This document shows positions 50,636 to 62,915 of a stretch of DNA of 64,000 nt, piece by piece (the first letter of the stretch is position 1; each line of letters begins with the position of its first letter). Source of the DNA: an uncultured Bacteroidales bacterium (GTDB lineage Bacteria > Bacteroidota > Bacteroidia > Bacteroidales > UBA4417); NCBI GenBank assembly GCA_963802185.1, contig CAWDHU010000015.1, positions 657,781-721,780 on the forward strand, in the 5' to 3' direction. The notes under the pieces were generated by a model, which ran no database searches, was not told the origin of the DNA, and saw only the letters and a program-made list of their open reading frames with translations. A program made the position numbers and the translations under genes.

Positions 50636-51991
50636 ATGAAGAAAACTCTAACATTGGTTTTTGTTTTGTCCGGATTTATATTGTCGCAAATACCGGTATT
50701 GGCACAGGATGAAAAAACAAAAAAGGAAGCAAAAATACCCACCGGTTTTTCATTCGGCGCTCTGCCAACCGTTTCATACGATGCTGATATGGGATTTCAA
50801 TATGGTGGCCTGGTAAGTTTGTACGATTATGGCGATGGCAAATTGTATCCATCATATAAGCAAATGATGAAAGCGGAAATTTCGCGTTATACCAAGGGTT
50901 CAGGAACCAACCAATTGTTTTATGATGCCAAGAATCTTTTACCGAATCATTTACGGCTTACAGCCGATTTGAGTTATCTCACTGAAAGAGCACTTGATTT
51001 TTATGGGTTTAACGGCTATCAGAGTAGATATTCGCCGGAATTCATTGATGAAGGATCACCTGATTACATAACTCGGGTATTTTATCGTGAGTCCCGCAAA
51101 ATGTTTCGCTTTACTGTTGACCTTCAGGGACAATTATCAGGCGAACATCTTCACTGGCTGGTTGGTCTTGGTATTATGAATATGAAAACCGGCCGTGTTG
51201 ACTTTGCTGCTATCAATAAAAGGAAAGATGATAAAGATAAGCTGGTAGACACCACTACCCTTTTTGATGATTACGTTGCATGGGGCATCATCACTGAAGC
51301 TGAAAAAGACGGGGGAAGCGCCAATTTCGTAAAAACAGGCATTGTGTATGATACCCGCGACAACGAAGCCAATTCTATGAAAGGAATGTGGAGTGAAGCG
51401 CTTATAACATATGCCCCAAAATTCTTTTTCAACCCTGAATTTTCATATGCTAAATTGGTATTGATACACAGGCAGTATTTTACGATTATAAAGGACAAAC
51501 TTTCATTTGTTTACCGGCTTGGTTACCAGGGAACCATTGGTGGTAAGGCACCATTTTTTATGCAACCATATATGATGAGTTCTTATTCTGCCATCACAAA
51601 TCCTGATGGTCTTGGGGGAGGCAACTCATTACGGGGCATAATGCGCGACAGGATTGTAGGAGACGGCATTGCTTATGGAAATATAGAGTTACGATGGAAA
51701 TTTCTTAAAACCCATGTTGGGAAACAAAACCTGTATTTTGCATTAAATGGTTTCTCCGATTTCGGACTAGTTGTTCAACAAGTGAAGTTTGATAAATTAA
51801 AAATTAACGATGAAGATCAGGCAACTTATTTTGATTTCTCATTCGAAAAAGACAAGTTGCATCCCGGCATTGGAGCCGGATTAAGGATTGCTTTAAATGA
51901 AAACTTTATACTTGCTGCCGATTATGGTTTTGCTTTGAATAAACAGGATGGCATTAAAGGACTTTATGTAACTGTTGGAAATTTATTTTAG
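50636..51991 (+). CDS. Omp85/BamA-like outer-membrane protein without POTRA repeats
   Basis: Signal peptide and a C-terminal barrel with LRG...G.......E.R motifs (NSLRGIMRDRIVGDGIAYGNIELRW), ending in ...GNLF. Confidence 0.55.
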   Translation: MKKTLTLVFVLSGFILSQIPVLAQDEKTKKEAKIPTGFSFGALPTVSYDADMGFQYGGLVSLYDYGDGKLYPSYKQMMKAEISRYTKGSGTNQLFYDAKNLLPNHLRLTADLSYLTERALDFYGFNGYQSRYSPEFIDEGSPDYITRVFYRESRKMFRFTVDLQGQLSGEHLHWLVGLGIMNMKTGRVDFAAINKRKDDKDKLVDTTTLFDDYVAWGIITEAEKDGGSANFVKTGIVYDTRDNEANSMKGMWSEALITYAPKFFFNPEFSYAKLVLIHRQYFTIIKDKLSFVYRLGYQGTIGGKAPFFMQPYMMSSYSAITNPDGLGGGNSLRGIMRDRIVGDGIAYGNIELRWKFLKTHVGKQNLYFALNGFSDFGLVVQQVKFDKLKINDEDQATYFDFSFEKDKLHPGIGAGLRIALNENFILAADYGFALNKQDGIKGLYVTVGNLF

Positions 51992-52084
51992 CACAGGGTA
52001 ATTATAATTATACTTTAAACATTCTTCAGGTTTTCAAGATCCACTTGCGGGAAATATGCAGAAAGTGTCTACTATATAAGGTTC

Positions 52085-52945
52085 TTACCTATTCCTTATA
52101 TATTGGCTTGGAGTTATTCCTTTTATTTTTTTAAATTGTTCGTTGAAATTTGAGACATTATTGAACCCGCTTTCATAACATATGCCTGAAATATTCATTT
52201 TGTTTTCAATTAATAGTTTACAGGCATGACCTACTCTTATTTCGTTTAAAACCGTATGAAATGATTTCTTTGTATGCTTTTTAAAATACCTGCAAAATGA
52301 GGTGGGGGTCATACCTATAATATCTGATACCGTATTAAGGGATATGTTTTGGTGAAAATTCTCAATCATATAGCGGTGTGCCTTATCAAAACGATCAAAA
52401 TCAGCTGATTTTCTGATTTTTGAATATCCCGGACTGGCTAATAACTGTTTCTCTTTGGTTTTAGACATAACATCAAGTAATTCAATGAGCTTTACCAGCT
52501 TTTCAATGCCCTTCGTACGAATTATCCCTTTCATCAGCGCTTCTATATCCGTTCGGGCAGTGCCCGTAAATTTTATTCCAAACTGAGAATCATACAGCAA
52601 TTGATTAATCCCATGCATTTCGGGCAAAACTGCGAGTGAACTTTTAAAAATCTCATGATTAAAGTGCACTACCAATACCCGGGCTACTAATCCGGGTATA
52701 TTCTTTTGGTAGATCGGATCACTTTTCCAAACGTGTGGCAGATTAGCTCCAATCAACCCAACATCTCCATCTCCAAATTGCTCGGAATGATCTCCAACAA
52801 AACGGGAACCGGTACTTTTTTCGATATAAATTATTTCTGTTTCCGGATGGTAATGCCATGGTACATCTAAACAAGGCACTTCAACCTCTAAGAAATTAAT
52901 ACTGTACTCTGATTCTTTTGTCAGTTTTTCATAAAATACATCCAT
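52085..52945 (-). CDS. AraC-family transcriptional regulator (cupin-like sensor plus 2x HTH)
   Basis: The N-terminus WHYHPETEIIYI looks like a cupin. The C-terminus has the AraC signature (ISGICYESGFNNVSNFNEQFKKIKGITPSQY). Confidence 0.85.
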   Translation of the reverse strand: MDVFYEKLTKESEYSINFLEVEVPCLDVPWHYHPETEIIYIEKSTGSRFVGDHSEQFGDGDVGLIGANLPHVWKSDPIYQKNIPGLVARVLVVHFNHEIFKSSLAVLPEMHGINQLLYDSQFGIKFTGTARTDIEALMKGIIRTKGIEKLVKLIELLDVMSKTKEKQLLASPGYSKIRKSADFDRFDKAHRYMIENFHQNISLNTVSDIIGMTPTSFCRYFKKHTKKSFHTVLNEIRVGHACKLLIENKMNISGICYESGFNNVSNFNEQFKKIKGITPSQYIRNR

Positions 52946-53508
52946 CTTACTATCTGGTTTAATTTAAAGTTTGTAAATATATGATAAATTACCATTAAAT
53001 GCTGAAAATATACTTGTATTCCTTACCTGATTCTGCATATACATTTGTTATCTCATTATACCAGACATAATTGGAAGAATCACCTGCTTTTTTTTTGTAG
53101 CATCTCATTTTATTTAGCTCTCTTATTTTAGGAAATTCAGTACCAGGAATTGATGAATGTATCAAATACCAATTTCCCAAACTATAAATGAATGATGAAC
53201 TAAAATAAAATCATATATAAAATACTGGTTAACAGCTAAATGCCAAATATTTGATGCAATAAAGATGTAATTAACAAATGAAATTGATGAACATTTGAAG
53301 TACTTCTAAATATTGAATTGAGACAGTGTCATATTAAATTTGCTTTAATTAAATAAAATGGAAATAAATACACTAATAAAATCTGAACCAATTATTTTTA
53401 AATTATCATTAGAAAACCGTACTTAAAATTTATTACCAAATCAACCAATTAATACAAATCAATCCAACAATTCACCAATTATTAACCCCAACAACCAAAA
53501 TTCAATTT

Positions 53509-56500
53509 ATGAAAAAAAATCTCTACAATTACATGCACTGCGGCATAAGATGCAAAGTGCTGATGCTTACCGGGATTTTATGGCTGAGCGCATTTACGCT
53601 TGTTTTTGCACAACAAACGAAGACCGTAACAGGTGTTGTGTATGATCAATCCAATGCTACCTTACCCGGAGCAACAATTATGGTTAAAGGAACTACCAAT
53701 GGCACAACTACCGATGTGGAAGGAAAATTTACCCTACAGGTACCTGCTGATGCAACAACACTCGTTGTTTCCTTTATCGGTATGGTATCGCAGGACGTAG
53801 CCATTACCTCCGAACCGTTAAAGTCACACTCAGTACTGAGGCAACCAACCTGGATCAGGTTATTGTAGTAGGATATGGTGTCAAGAAGAAAAGTCTTGTA
53901 ACCGGTTCTATTTCCTCAGTTAAAGCAAAAGATCTGCAAGCCACTGCTTCTTCAAGAGCTGACCAGGCTATCCAGGGAAAAGTTTCAGGTGTTATGGTAT
54001 TGCCAACATCAGGCTCACCGGGTGCGGGTTCCAAAATCAGGATCAGGGGAACCAACTCAAACTCAAATTCGAACCCTTTGTATATTGTTGACGGTATGAA
54101 AACCGGGGATATTAATAACATCGATCCAGGTGATATTGAATCAATGGAAGTTTTGAAAGATGCTGCATCATCTGCAATATATGGAACCGAAGGTGCAAAT
54201 GGAGTTATATTATTAACCACAAAATCTGGTAAAGCAGGTAAAGGAGTAGTTAATTATGATTTCCAGTATGGCACCCAAAGTGTAAAAACTGACATGAAAA
54301 TGATGGATGCGACACAATACAAACAGTGGATGACCGAATCAGGCCAGGTAACCCAGGATCGTTTCGGAGCCAATACTGATTGGTTAAGTGAAACTTTCCA
54401 GACAGCTCCTATGCAAAAACACCATATTTCTTTTTCAGGTGGCAATGATAAAACTACCTATATGCTTTCAGGTTCTTATCTTACCCAGGATGGTATAGTT
54501 GGCGGTGATAAAGCCAATTACAAAAGATATACATCAAGGCTGAATTTAAAAAGCGATGTAAAAAAATGGCTCGAAGTTGGAGGTAATTTCAGTTATAGCC
54601 ATTCGAACCAGAAAAATGTAGGACAAGATGATGAATATAGAAGTCTGGTAAACAGCGCTTTGTTAATTGACCCGTTAACTCCGGTTCTTTATTCAGGAAC
54701 CCCTGCTAATGTACAGTCACTTTTAGATCAGGGATACGTTATTGTTAAAAATAGTAATGGTGATTATTATGGCTTAACAGAAAATGTATCGGGAGAAATG
54801 TCAAATCCCGTAGCAACACTTCAAACTTATCATAATACTACAGAGCAAGACAAATTGATGGGAACCGGTTATGTAACAGTAAAACCTTTTAATGGGTTTT
54901 CCTTTACTTCCAGGATAGGTCTTGATCTGACTTATCAAAATCAACACATATGGACTCCCCTTTATTATTTCTCAACTGAAAACCAAAATGGTACAACCAA
55001 TGTTTCCGATAACCTGAATAAATGGAATACCTGGTTATGGGAGAATTTTGCCACTTATAGCAAAGATTTTGGCGATCATTCTTTGACATTACTGGCTGGA
55101 TATTCTGCCCAGGAGCTTAAAGCTGATGTATACACTATGTATTCAGCACCAATGGTTGCCGAAGGCGATCAATATGCAAACCAGGGATCAACTACATCCG
55201 ACCTGTATGACAGAACCGGAGGTACTCCTTATGGAAACACTATGGCATCCATGTTTGGACGTCTTTCCTACAGTTACAAGGGAAAATATTTATTGGAAGG
55301 TTCAGTCCGCAGGGATGGAGCAAGCCAATTCCCAACTGATTCAAAATATGCAACTTTCCCTGCAGTTTCTGCCGGATGGGTTGTAAACAATGAAGACTTC
55401 TTTACAACAAAAGCTATTTCTTATTTAAAAATAAGAGCAAGTTGGGGCGCCAACGGAAGCAGATCAAACCTTCCCGGAAATGAGGATAAAGAATTATGGA
55501 CACTTGCAGGTATCAAGTATCCGGATCCAACCGGAACTTACCAGCCTGGTGCACAAATTGCCAAATTAGTGAATAAGGAATTGTTATGGGAAAGAACCGA
55601 AATGGCTGATATCGGAGTTGATGTCAGGTTATTAAATAATAAAGTCAACTTCACTGCTGACTGGTATAACAAAAACACCAAAAACCTGATTGCTCTGGGT
55701 ACTTTCCCTATGTCAACCGGAGGAGGTATGCCTTTTGTTAACGCTGGAACTGTTAATAATAAAGGATTTGAATTTGAACTCGGCTATACAAACCTGGATA
55801 ATGACTTTACCTATGGTGCTAGTCTGAACATGTCTACCTTGAAAAATGAAGTAACCCAGTTGGATGTTAATGCCCCGGTTGCCGGAGCAAATGTTCGTGG
55901 ATATAATTTAACATGGTTCGAAGAAGGACAGCCTATCTGGTATTTCAAAGGGTATAAGACCGATGGTATTTTCAATGATAAAGCTGAAGCTGACGCATAC
56001 AATGCAAAATATGGAACTACTTTCCAGGCCGGTGATCCAATCGTTGTGGATGCAAATTTAGATAACACTATCTCACCTTCAGACCAGACTTATATCGGCA
56101 GCCCGCAGCCTTCGTTAATTTATGGAGGTAACATTTCATTGGGATACAAAGGATTTGATTTCAACCTGGCATTCCAGGGTGTTTCAGGCAATGATATTTT
56201 CATGGCGTGGTACCGTACCGACAGGAGTTTGTCAAATAAACCAGCCTATTTATTTGAAGACAGGTGGACTCCTACAAACACAAATGCCAGCTCTCCAAGA
56301 GCAGATAATAACAGCGATTATGTTTACCGCAGCGACCTGATGATTTCCAATGGATCATACATGAGAATCAAACAAATCCAGTTAGGTTACACAATAGCTA
56401 AAGACATTACTGCTAAATTCGGAGTCAGTTCGCTCAGGGCATATATCTCCTTCGACGATTATTTTACTTTTACCAAGTACAAAGGATTGGATCCTGAAGC

Positions 56501-56591
56501 CGGTAGTAACAATAATCAAAGCCAGGGCGTAGATAGAGGTCTGTACCCGATTGCTGCCAAGATGTTATTTGGTCTTTCAGCTAGTTTCTAA
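53509..56591 (+). pseudogene. SusC/RagA-family TonB-linked outer-membrane receptor, frameshift at the A3 run 53820-53822
   Basis: ORF 53509..53868 holds the signal peptide and the CarboxypepD_reg-like domain. The main ORF (listed from 53994) is open upstream as VTLSTEATNLDQVIVVGYGVKKKSLVTGSISSV (TonB box/plug). It ends ...LFGLSASF. Confidence 0.85.
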
Positions 56592-56610
56592 TCTCAAAAA
56601 ACGATAAACC

Positions 56611-58170
56611 ATGAAAAAAATAATATATAGCATAATGCTTGTACTCGCCTTTGCAGGTTGCAGTAAAGATTTTTTAGAAGTTGCACCGGTTGGACAGCTC
56701 TCCAGCGACAATTTTCTGAAAAATGACAATGATGTGAAACTCGCCACTATGGGGGTTTATAATAAAATCCAGGGAGCCTATTCCTCCGGTTCCTGGACCA
56801 GTGTGTATTTTATGAAAAACCTTCCGGCTGACGATACCAAGTGTGCCGGACCAAATGCTGGTGATACTCCTGAATATCAGTATCTTGATGATTTTAATAT
56901 TACATCTGACAATACCAAGATTGCAGCCATCTGGACTAATTTTTACAGTATCATTAATTCCTGTAATACAATTATTAGTAATGTCGGAGCAAACACTGCA
57001 GCTACAGCCGGAATGAAGACCATGGTGGGAGAAGCAAAGGCTTTGAGAGCTTATACTTACCTCGACCTTGTAATTATGTTTGGCGGGGTTCCATTAATGA
57101 CCGTAAATCCTGCATCAACTTCAGAGTTCAATCTGCCACGTGCAACTGCTGAAGAAGTTTATGCCCAGATCGAAACAGATTTAAAAGATGCAATTGCTGT
57201 TTTACCTGTGAAGAGTGCTTACGCTCAGGTTGATAAGTTCCGTTTTTCAAAAGGTACCGCTCAGGCTTTGCTTGGTAAAGCATACCTGTATCAAAAGAAA
57301 TATTCAGATGCAGCCACAGTATTAGGTGCTTGTATTGCCAGCAATGAGTATAGCCTTGAACCGGATTATACTACCATATGGTCAAAATCCAAAGAATTTG
57401 GAGTTGAATCCATTTTTGAAATTTCCTATACATCACAGGAGAATTACGGCTGGGGCAATTTCCCATGGGGTGGTGGTAACGAAAGCAATATTGAAATGCA
57501 GCTCGAAGGCCCACGTACTGACGGTGATGGTGCATTTGACTTTTCAAACCTGGATCTTTCTAAAGTTAATATCCAAGGTGGATGGGGATTTAACCTGCCT
57601 TCGAAGAAAATTGGTGATCTTTTATATTCAAATCCTGCTGACAAGCGCATTAAAGGTTCAGTACTTTCTGAAGCTGATTTTTTCGCAGCAGGCGGAGCTT
57701 ACCAGGTTGGTGAATATCCATACGACTATGAAGGTTACATCAGGCTGAAATATGCTTGTAAAGCAACTGAAACCACTGATCCGGCTACTGGACAGCCCGA
57801 ATTAAACTACGGTTCCAACTACAGGATCATTCGTTATGCTGATGTTTTATTAATGGCAGCTGAAGCTTATAACAAAAGCACTCCCGCAAATGATGCTGCT
57901 GCTCAGGCAGAACTGAAAAAAATAACTGACAGGGCAGGAATTGCAGCTCATACAGAAACAGGAACAGCCCTATTTGATCAGATTGTGATTGAAAGAGCAA
58001 AAGAACTGTGTTTCGAGGACAGCCGCTACTGGGATTTAGTCCGTTGGGGAATGTCTTCAGAACAACAAGCAGGTTTTGTTCCAGGCAAGCATGAATTATT
58101 TCCTATTCCTCTGAATGAGATTCTATCTAACACGGCTATGAGTGAAGCAGATCAAAATCCCGGATACTAA
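56611..58170 (+). CDS. SusD/RagB-family nutrient-binding lipoprotein
   Basis: Lipobox FAGC, the TPR-like SusD core (ALRAYTYLDLVIMFGGVPL, RYADVLLMAAEA, ERAKELCFEDSRYWDLVRW), and a position immediately downstream of SusC. Confidence 0.85.
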   Translation: MKKIIYSIMLVLAFAGCSKDFLEVAPVGQLSSDNFLKNDNDVKLATMGVYNKIQGAYSSGSWTSVYFMKNLPADDTKCAGPNAGDTPEYQYLDDFNITSDNTKIAAIWTNFYSIINSCNTIISNVGANTAATAGMKTMVGEAKALRAYTYLDLVIMFGGVPLMTVNPASTSEFNLPRATAEEVYAQIETDLKDAIAVLPVKSAYAQVDKFRFSKGTAQALLGKAYLYQKKYSDAATVLGACIASNEYSLEPDYTTIWSKSKEFGVESIFEISYTSQENYGWGNFPWGGGNESNIEMQLEGPRTDGDGAFDFSNLDLSKVNIQGGWGFNLPSKKIGDLLYSNPADKRIKGSVLSEADFFAAGGAYQVGEYPYDYEGYIRLKYACKATETTDPATGQPELNYGSNYRIIRYADVLLMAAEAYNKSTPANDAAAQAELKKITDRAGIAAHTETGTALFDQIVIERAKELCFEDSRYWDLVRWGMSSEQQAGFVPGKHELFPIPLNEILSNTAMSEADQNPGY

Positions 58171-58191
58171 ATAAACCGGGAAAGTACAATT

Positions 58192-58309
58192 AAAAAGGAG
58201 GTTGGCAGGGTAACTATTTTTCATAGACTTTGAGGTTTATATTTAAAATTAGTTCTCATTTCAATTTGGTTGGTTGGCTGAGCGGGTTGCCCTGTTCAGC
58301 CTCCTTTTT
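58192..58309 (+). terminator. Long-range imperfect stem-loop ending in a T-run after susD
   Basis: aaaaaggaggttggcagggtaac (58192-58214) pairs with gttgccctgttcagcctccttttt (58286-58309). The loop is ~70 nt. Confidence 0.4.
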
Positions 58310-58670
58310 AATATCTCAATACTTTTAGCAGTGGACAAATAGTTTTCTCAAAATTGTTCTTATTCATTCCTGGACAAATTTTGTGGGAACTTTACGTGGC
58401 TGCTTTATTAAGGTCAGTTATAAGTAGCAAAAAAAAATCAAAAAATAGTACATACAATTACGAAAATAGGATTAGTTAGTTTAATCCAAAAACTTAATTT
58501 TTGCAGTTTCAAATTAGAATAATGGCAAAAAACTGTGCTTAAATTCATATGAGAAAAAATAGCATAAATACATTTTATTGTCCTGAACAGTAAGTAAAAA
58601 AAACTAAAAATAAGCTATACTATTTAGCTTGTAACACGGCGTCAGTGCTTTACAGTTTAATCTCATCCCA

Positions 58671-60284
58671 ATGAATTCAATCAATCAAAAACTAAAATTT
58701 ACTGAGAAAGTCGGTTATGCACTTGGCGACGGGGCTGCAAACATTGCCTGGCGTGGGGTTTCCACTTTCTTATTTATCTTCTATACTGATGTGTTTGGGA
58801 TAAATCCAGCTGCTGTGGGAATGCTTTTATTAATTGCCAGGTTTAGTGATGGTGTGAGCGATGTAGCTATGGGAGTGATCGGTGACAGAACGAACAGCAA
58901 ATATGGTAAATTCCGTCCCTGGATATTATGGTCGGCTATTCCGCTTGGAGTTATACTTTCGTTGCTATTCATGAGCCCGAACTTAAGTGAGACAGGGAAA
59001 ATTATTTATGCCTATACAACCTATATAATCTTTACACTGGTTTATACTGCTAACAACATTCCTTACGGTGCGCTTATGGCTGTAATGACCGGTGACGATA
59101 AGGAGCGTACCAGCCTGGGTTCGTACCGCATGGTTGGTGCTTTTACCGGTGGAATGCTGGTGCAGGGTGCTTTGTTGTTCCTGGTAGCCAATTTTGGAAA
59201 TATTAACCCAACTATTGCAGTCGACAAGCTGGATGCAAAAAAATACGAAGTAACTGTATCCACTACCGAAGATGTTAAAAATGTAAACATCAAAACCAAA
59301 AATGGAATTGCCATGTTTACCTGGGCCGGTTCACAAATTGCCGACAGTCTCAATGTCCCGACTCAAGGGAAAAGTTTCTCAATGGTGGCAAGAAAGGATT
59401 ATTCCTTTATTGTGACCGGTGAAGAAAACATTAACACCAGGAGCATTTCCATCATTGACCAGAAAAAAGGATATAGTTATTCCATTTATTTATTGTCGGT
59501 TTTCCTGTCTTTGGCTCTGATTATAACGTTTTTAACCACGAAGGAACGGGTAACCCCGCCAAAAGCACAGAAAAGCAATCTGAGTAAAGATTTAAAAGAT
59601 TTGATCCGAAACAAGCCCTGGCTGATTTTATTGGGGATTGGATTATTATTCCAGGTTTACAACTCAATTAAACAAGGAATTGTTGTAATTTATTTCGCAC
59701 ATTATCTGCATAATCAGCTGCTTGCTGCATCGTTTATGATTGCTTTAATGATAGCATCTATCGGAGGCGCAATGGTAACAGCTCCACTGGCAAAACGACT
59801 GGGTAAGCGTAACTTGTTTATCTATGCCTTTATCTTTTCAGGTGCTGTAAATGCATTGCTTGTTTTTTGCGGCCCTGGAAATTTAGGAAGCATTTTCGCT
59901 TTAGGAATAATTTCCGAGTTTGGCGCTGCCATATTCCCGACATTGTTTTTTGCCATGCTTGGCGATGCTGCCGATTACTCTGAGTTTAAAAACGGGCGGA
60001 GAGCTACAGGACTAATCTATTCCGCTGGTTCTTTCTCAACCAAGTTTGGTGGGGGTGTCGCTGGCGCTATTATTGGTTTTGTTTTAGCCGCATTTCATTA
60101 CAATGGTCAGGACGAAGTTGCTATTCAGGGTGCAGTTCCCGGAATTATTATGCTTATGAGTTGGATTCCGGCAATTGTAGCCTTTATCGCTGCCGGGTTT
60201 ATGACACTCTATCCTTTGACCCAAAAGAAAATGGATGAAATCACTACAGAGTTGAACAACCGAAGGGTTAACGAATTGGCTTAA
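58671..60284 (+). CDS. GPH-family (MelB/XynP-like) glycoside:cation symporter with an ~90 aa loop insertion
   Basis: N-terminal signature KVGYALGDGAANIAW...FYTDVFG...D.V.D...G...DRT.SKYGKFRPW. 537 aa. Confidence 0.8.
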   Translation: MNSINQKLKFTEKVGYALGDGAANIAWRGVSTFLFIFYTDVFGINPAAVGMLLLIARFSDGVSDVAMGVIGDRTNSKYGKFRPWILWSAIPLGVILSLLFMSPNLSETGKIIYAYTTYIIFTLVYTANNIPYGALMAVMTGDDKERTSLGSYRMVGAFTGGMLVQGALLFLVANFGNINPTIAVDKLDAKKYEVTVSTTEDVKNVNIKTKNGIAMFTWAGSQIADSLNVPTQGKSFSMVARKDYSFIVTGEENINTRSISIIDQKKGYSYSIYLLSVFLSLALIITFLTTKERVTPPKAQKSNLSKDLKDLIRNKPWLILLGIGLLFQVYNSIKQGIVVIYFAHYLHNQLLAASFMIALMIASIGGAMVTAPLAKRLGKRNLFIYAFIFSGAVNALLVFCGPGNLGSIFALGIISEFGAAIFPTLFFAMLGDAADYSEFKNGRRATGLIYSAGSFSTKFGGGVAGAIIGFVLAAFHYNGQDEVAIQGAVPGIIMLMSWIPAIVAFIAAGFMTLYPLTQKKMDEITTELNNRRVNELA

Positions 60285-60333
60285 ATGGTAAGCACAGTTT
60301 AAAAGGAAATATCGAATATAATATAATTAAGAC

Positions 60334-62772
60334 ATGAAATTCGGACATTTTGACGACAAAAACCGTGAGTATGTGATCACCAACCCACAAACGCCGTGGC
60401 CATGGATCAACTACCTGGGCAATGAAGATTTCTTTTCTTTGATCTCCAATACTGCCGGAGGGTATTCTTTTTATAAAGATGCAAAATTCCGGCGGTTAAC
60501 ACGCTATCGTTACAATAACGTTCCAATGGACAGCGGTGGCCGTTATTTTTACATTAAAGATGAAGAAACAACCTGGTCGCCGGGATGGAAACCTTGCAAA
60601 ACATCGCTCGACAGTTACGAATGCCGTCATGGAATGAATTATACATCTATCCAGGGCGAGAAAAATAGTGTAACAGCAAAGGTTCTTTTCTTTGTGCCTC
60701 TAAAAACTTGGGCCGAAGTTCAAATGCTCACGCTCACCAACAACTCATTGGGAGTTAAGAAATTAAAAATCTTTTCATTTATTGAATGGGCCATGTGGAA
60801 TGCGGCAGCCGACATGGAAAATTTCCAGCGTAACTTTTCTACCGGAGAAGTGGAAATTGAAGGTTCAGTTATTTATCACAAAACTGAATACAGAGAGCGT
60901 CGCAACCATTATGCTTATTATTCAGTTAATACTCCAATTTCAGGCTTTGATACCGATCGCGAAACATTCTTCGGCTTATACAATGGTTTCGACGAACCAC
61001 AGGTTGTTTCTGAAGGTAATCCTACCAACACTGTAGCTCACGGCTGGTCGCCAATCGCATCCCATTGCATCGAGGTAGAACTTCAACCCGGCGAATCGAA
61101 AGATTTTGTGTTTGTTTTAGGTTACGTTGAAAATGAGGAAGACGAAAAATGGGAATCGAAAAATATCATCAACAAGACTAAAGCCAAAGAAACGATAGCC
61201 AGATTCAACACTGCAGCAAAAGTAGATACTGCATTTTTGGAATTGCGTGCATACTGGGATAATTTGCTGAGTGCTTACAATGTTAACTCAGGCGACGAAA
61301 AACTCGACCGCATGGTGAACATCTGGAACCAATACCAGTGCATGATCACTTTCAACTTCTCCCGTTCGGCTTCTTTTTTCGAAAGCGGAATCGGGCGTGG
61401 AATGGGTTTCCGCGACTCGAACCAGGATTTGATTGGTTTCGTTCACCAGATACCAGAACGTGCCCGCGAACGGATTATAGATATTGCTTCTACACAATTC
61501 CCTGATGGTGGCTGTTATCATCAGTATCAGCCATTAACCAAAAGAGGAAATAACGACATTGGCGGAGGTTTTAACGACGACCCTATGTGGTTGATACTAG
61601 GAACTATCAGCTATATTAAAGAAACAGGCGATTTCACCATACTTGATGAAATGGTCCCGTTCGACAATGACATGAATTTAGCGAAAACTTTGTTCGATCA
61701 CCTTACAGTTTCTTTCGACCACGTGGTGAATAACCTCGGCCCTCACGGCTTGCCTTTAATTGGAAGAGCCGATTGGAACGACTGTCTGAACCTGAATTGT
61801 TTCTCAAAAGATCCGAATGAGTCGTTTCAAACTACTGAAAACAAATCAGAAGGTTCAAAAGCTGAATCATTGATGATTGCTGGCCTGTTTGTGATTTATG
61901 GCCGCGATTATGTAACCCTTTGCAAAAAACTGGGTAAAACAAATGAGGCACAGCGTGCTCAATCACACATTGATTCCATGGTTACCGCAGTGAAAAAACA
62001 CGGCTGGGATGGCGAATGGTTTCTGCGTGCCTACGATTATTATGGCAACAAAATAGGCAGCAACGAAAACGAGGAAGGTAAAATATTTATTGAATCGAAT
62101 GGCATGTGTACTATGGCTGGAATAGGTAAAGAAGAAGGCCTTTGCAACAAAGCACTTGACTCGGTAAACGAACGCCTGGATTCGAAGTATGGTATTGTTC
62201 TTAATAATCCTGCATTTACTAAATATTACATCGAATATGGTGAAATATCAACCTATCCGGCAGGATATAAAGAGAATGCAGGTATTTTCTGCCACAACAA
62301 CCCATGGATCATGATTGGCGAAACTGTTGTTGGCAACGGCAACCGTGCATGGGAGTATTACCGTAAAATATGTCCGTCGTACCTCGAAGATATCAGCGAA
62401 TTACACAAGACCGAGCCTTATGTGTATGCTCAGATGATTGCAGGCAAAGATGCTTTTAAGCCTGGTGAAGCCAAAAACTCGTGGTTAACAGGTACAGCTT
62501 CCTGGAATTTTTATGCTATAACTCAGTTTATCCTTGGTATTCAGCCAGATTATGATGGGCTTAGAGTTGATCCTTGTATTCCAAATGAATGGAAAAGCTA
62601 CAAAATAAACCGAAAATTCAGGGGTGCAACCTACAGGATCGAAATTCAAAATCCTGATGGAAAATCAAAAGGAGTTAAGGAAATTTTGGTTGATGGAAAG
62701 CCACAGGTTTCTAACCTGGTACCTTTATTTAGCAGAGGGACTGAACATGAAGTGATTGTTATAATGGGGTAA
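60334..62772 (+). CDS. GH94 cellobiose (or chitobiose/cellodextrin) phosphorylase
   Basis: 812 aa. The N-terminus [29 protein letters not shown]...[33 protein letters not shown] closely resembles characterised cellobiose phosphorylases. The catalytic region is RADWNDCLN. Confidence 0.85.
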   Translation: MKFGHFDDKNREYVITNPQTPWPWINYLGNEDFFSLISNTAGGYSFYKDAKFRRLTRYRYNNVPMDSGGRYFYIKDEETTWSPGWKPCKTSLDSYECRHGMNYTSIQGEKNSVTAKVLFFVPLKTWAEVQMLTLTNNSLGVKKLKIFSFIEWAMWNAAADMENFQRNFSTGEVEIEGSVIYHKTEYRERRNHYAYYSVNTPISGFDTDRETFFGLYNGFDEPQVVSEGNPTNTVAHGWSPIASHCIEVELQPGESKDFVFVLGYVENEEDEKWESKNIINKTKAKETIARFNTAAKVDTAFLELRAYWDNLLSAYNVNSGDEKLDRMVNIWNQYQCMITFNFSRSASFFESGIGRGMGFRDSNQDLIGFVHQIPERARERIIDIASTQFPDGGCYHQYQPLTKRGNNDIGGGFNDDPMWLILGTISYIKETGDFTILDEMVPFDNDMNLAKTLFDHLTVSFDHVVNNLGPHGLPLIGRADWNDCLNLNCFSKDPNESFQTTENKSEGSKAESLMIAGLFVIYGRDYVTLCKKLGKTNEAQRAQSHIDSMVTAVKKHGWDGEWFLRAYDYYGNKIGSNENEEGKIFIESNGMCTMAGIGKEEGLCNKALDSVNERLDSKYGIVLNNPAFTKYYIEYGEISTYPAGYKENAGIFCHNNPWIMIGETVVGNGNRAWEYYRKICPSYLEDISELHKTEPYVYAQMIAGKDAFKPGEAKNSWLTGTASWNFYAITQFILGIQPDYDGLRVDPCIPNEWKSYKINRKFRGATYRIEIQNPDGKSKGVKEILVDGKPQVSNLVPLFSRGTEHEVIVIMG

Positions 62773-62915
62773 GATTTTCATGAATCTCCGCTGCTTTCGG
62801 GTTAAATATTTTTATTATTGAGTCCTGATTCAATTCTGTTTACTAAATTTATAACATGTATTGGTGAAAAGCATCACCTGGATTGGTAAGTTTAATTAGT
62901 AGAAAAACTGTTGCT

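Noticed and set aside
52995-53180. 61-aa minus-strand ORF between the AraC gene and susC
   Set aside because: The region is AT-rich promoter DNA. The ORF has no signal or motif, and its codon composition is atypical.
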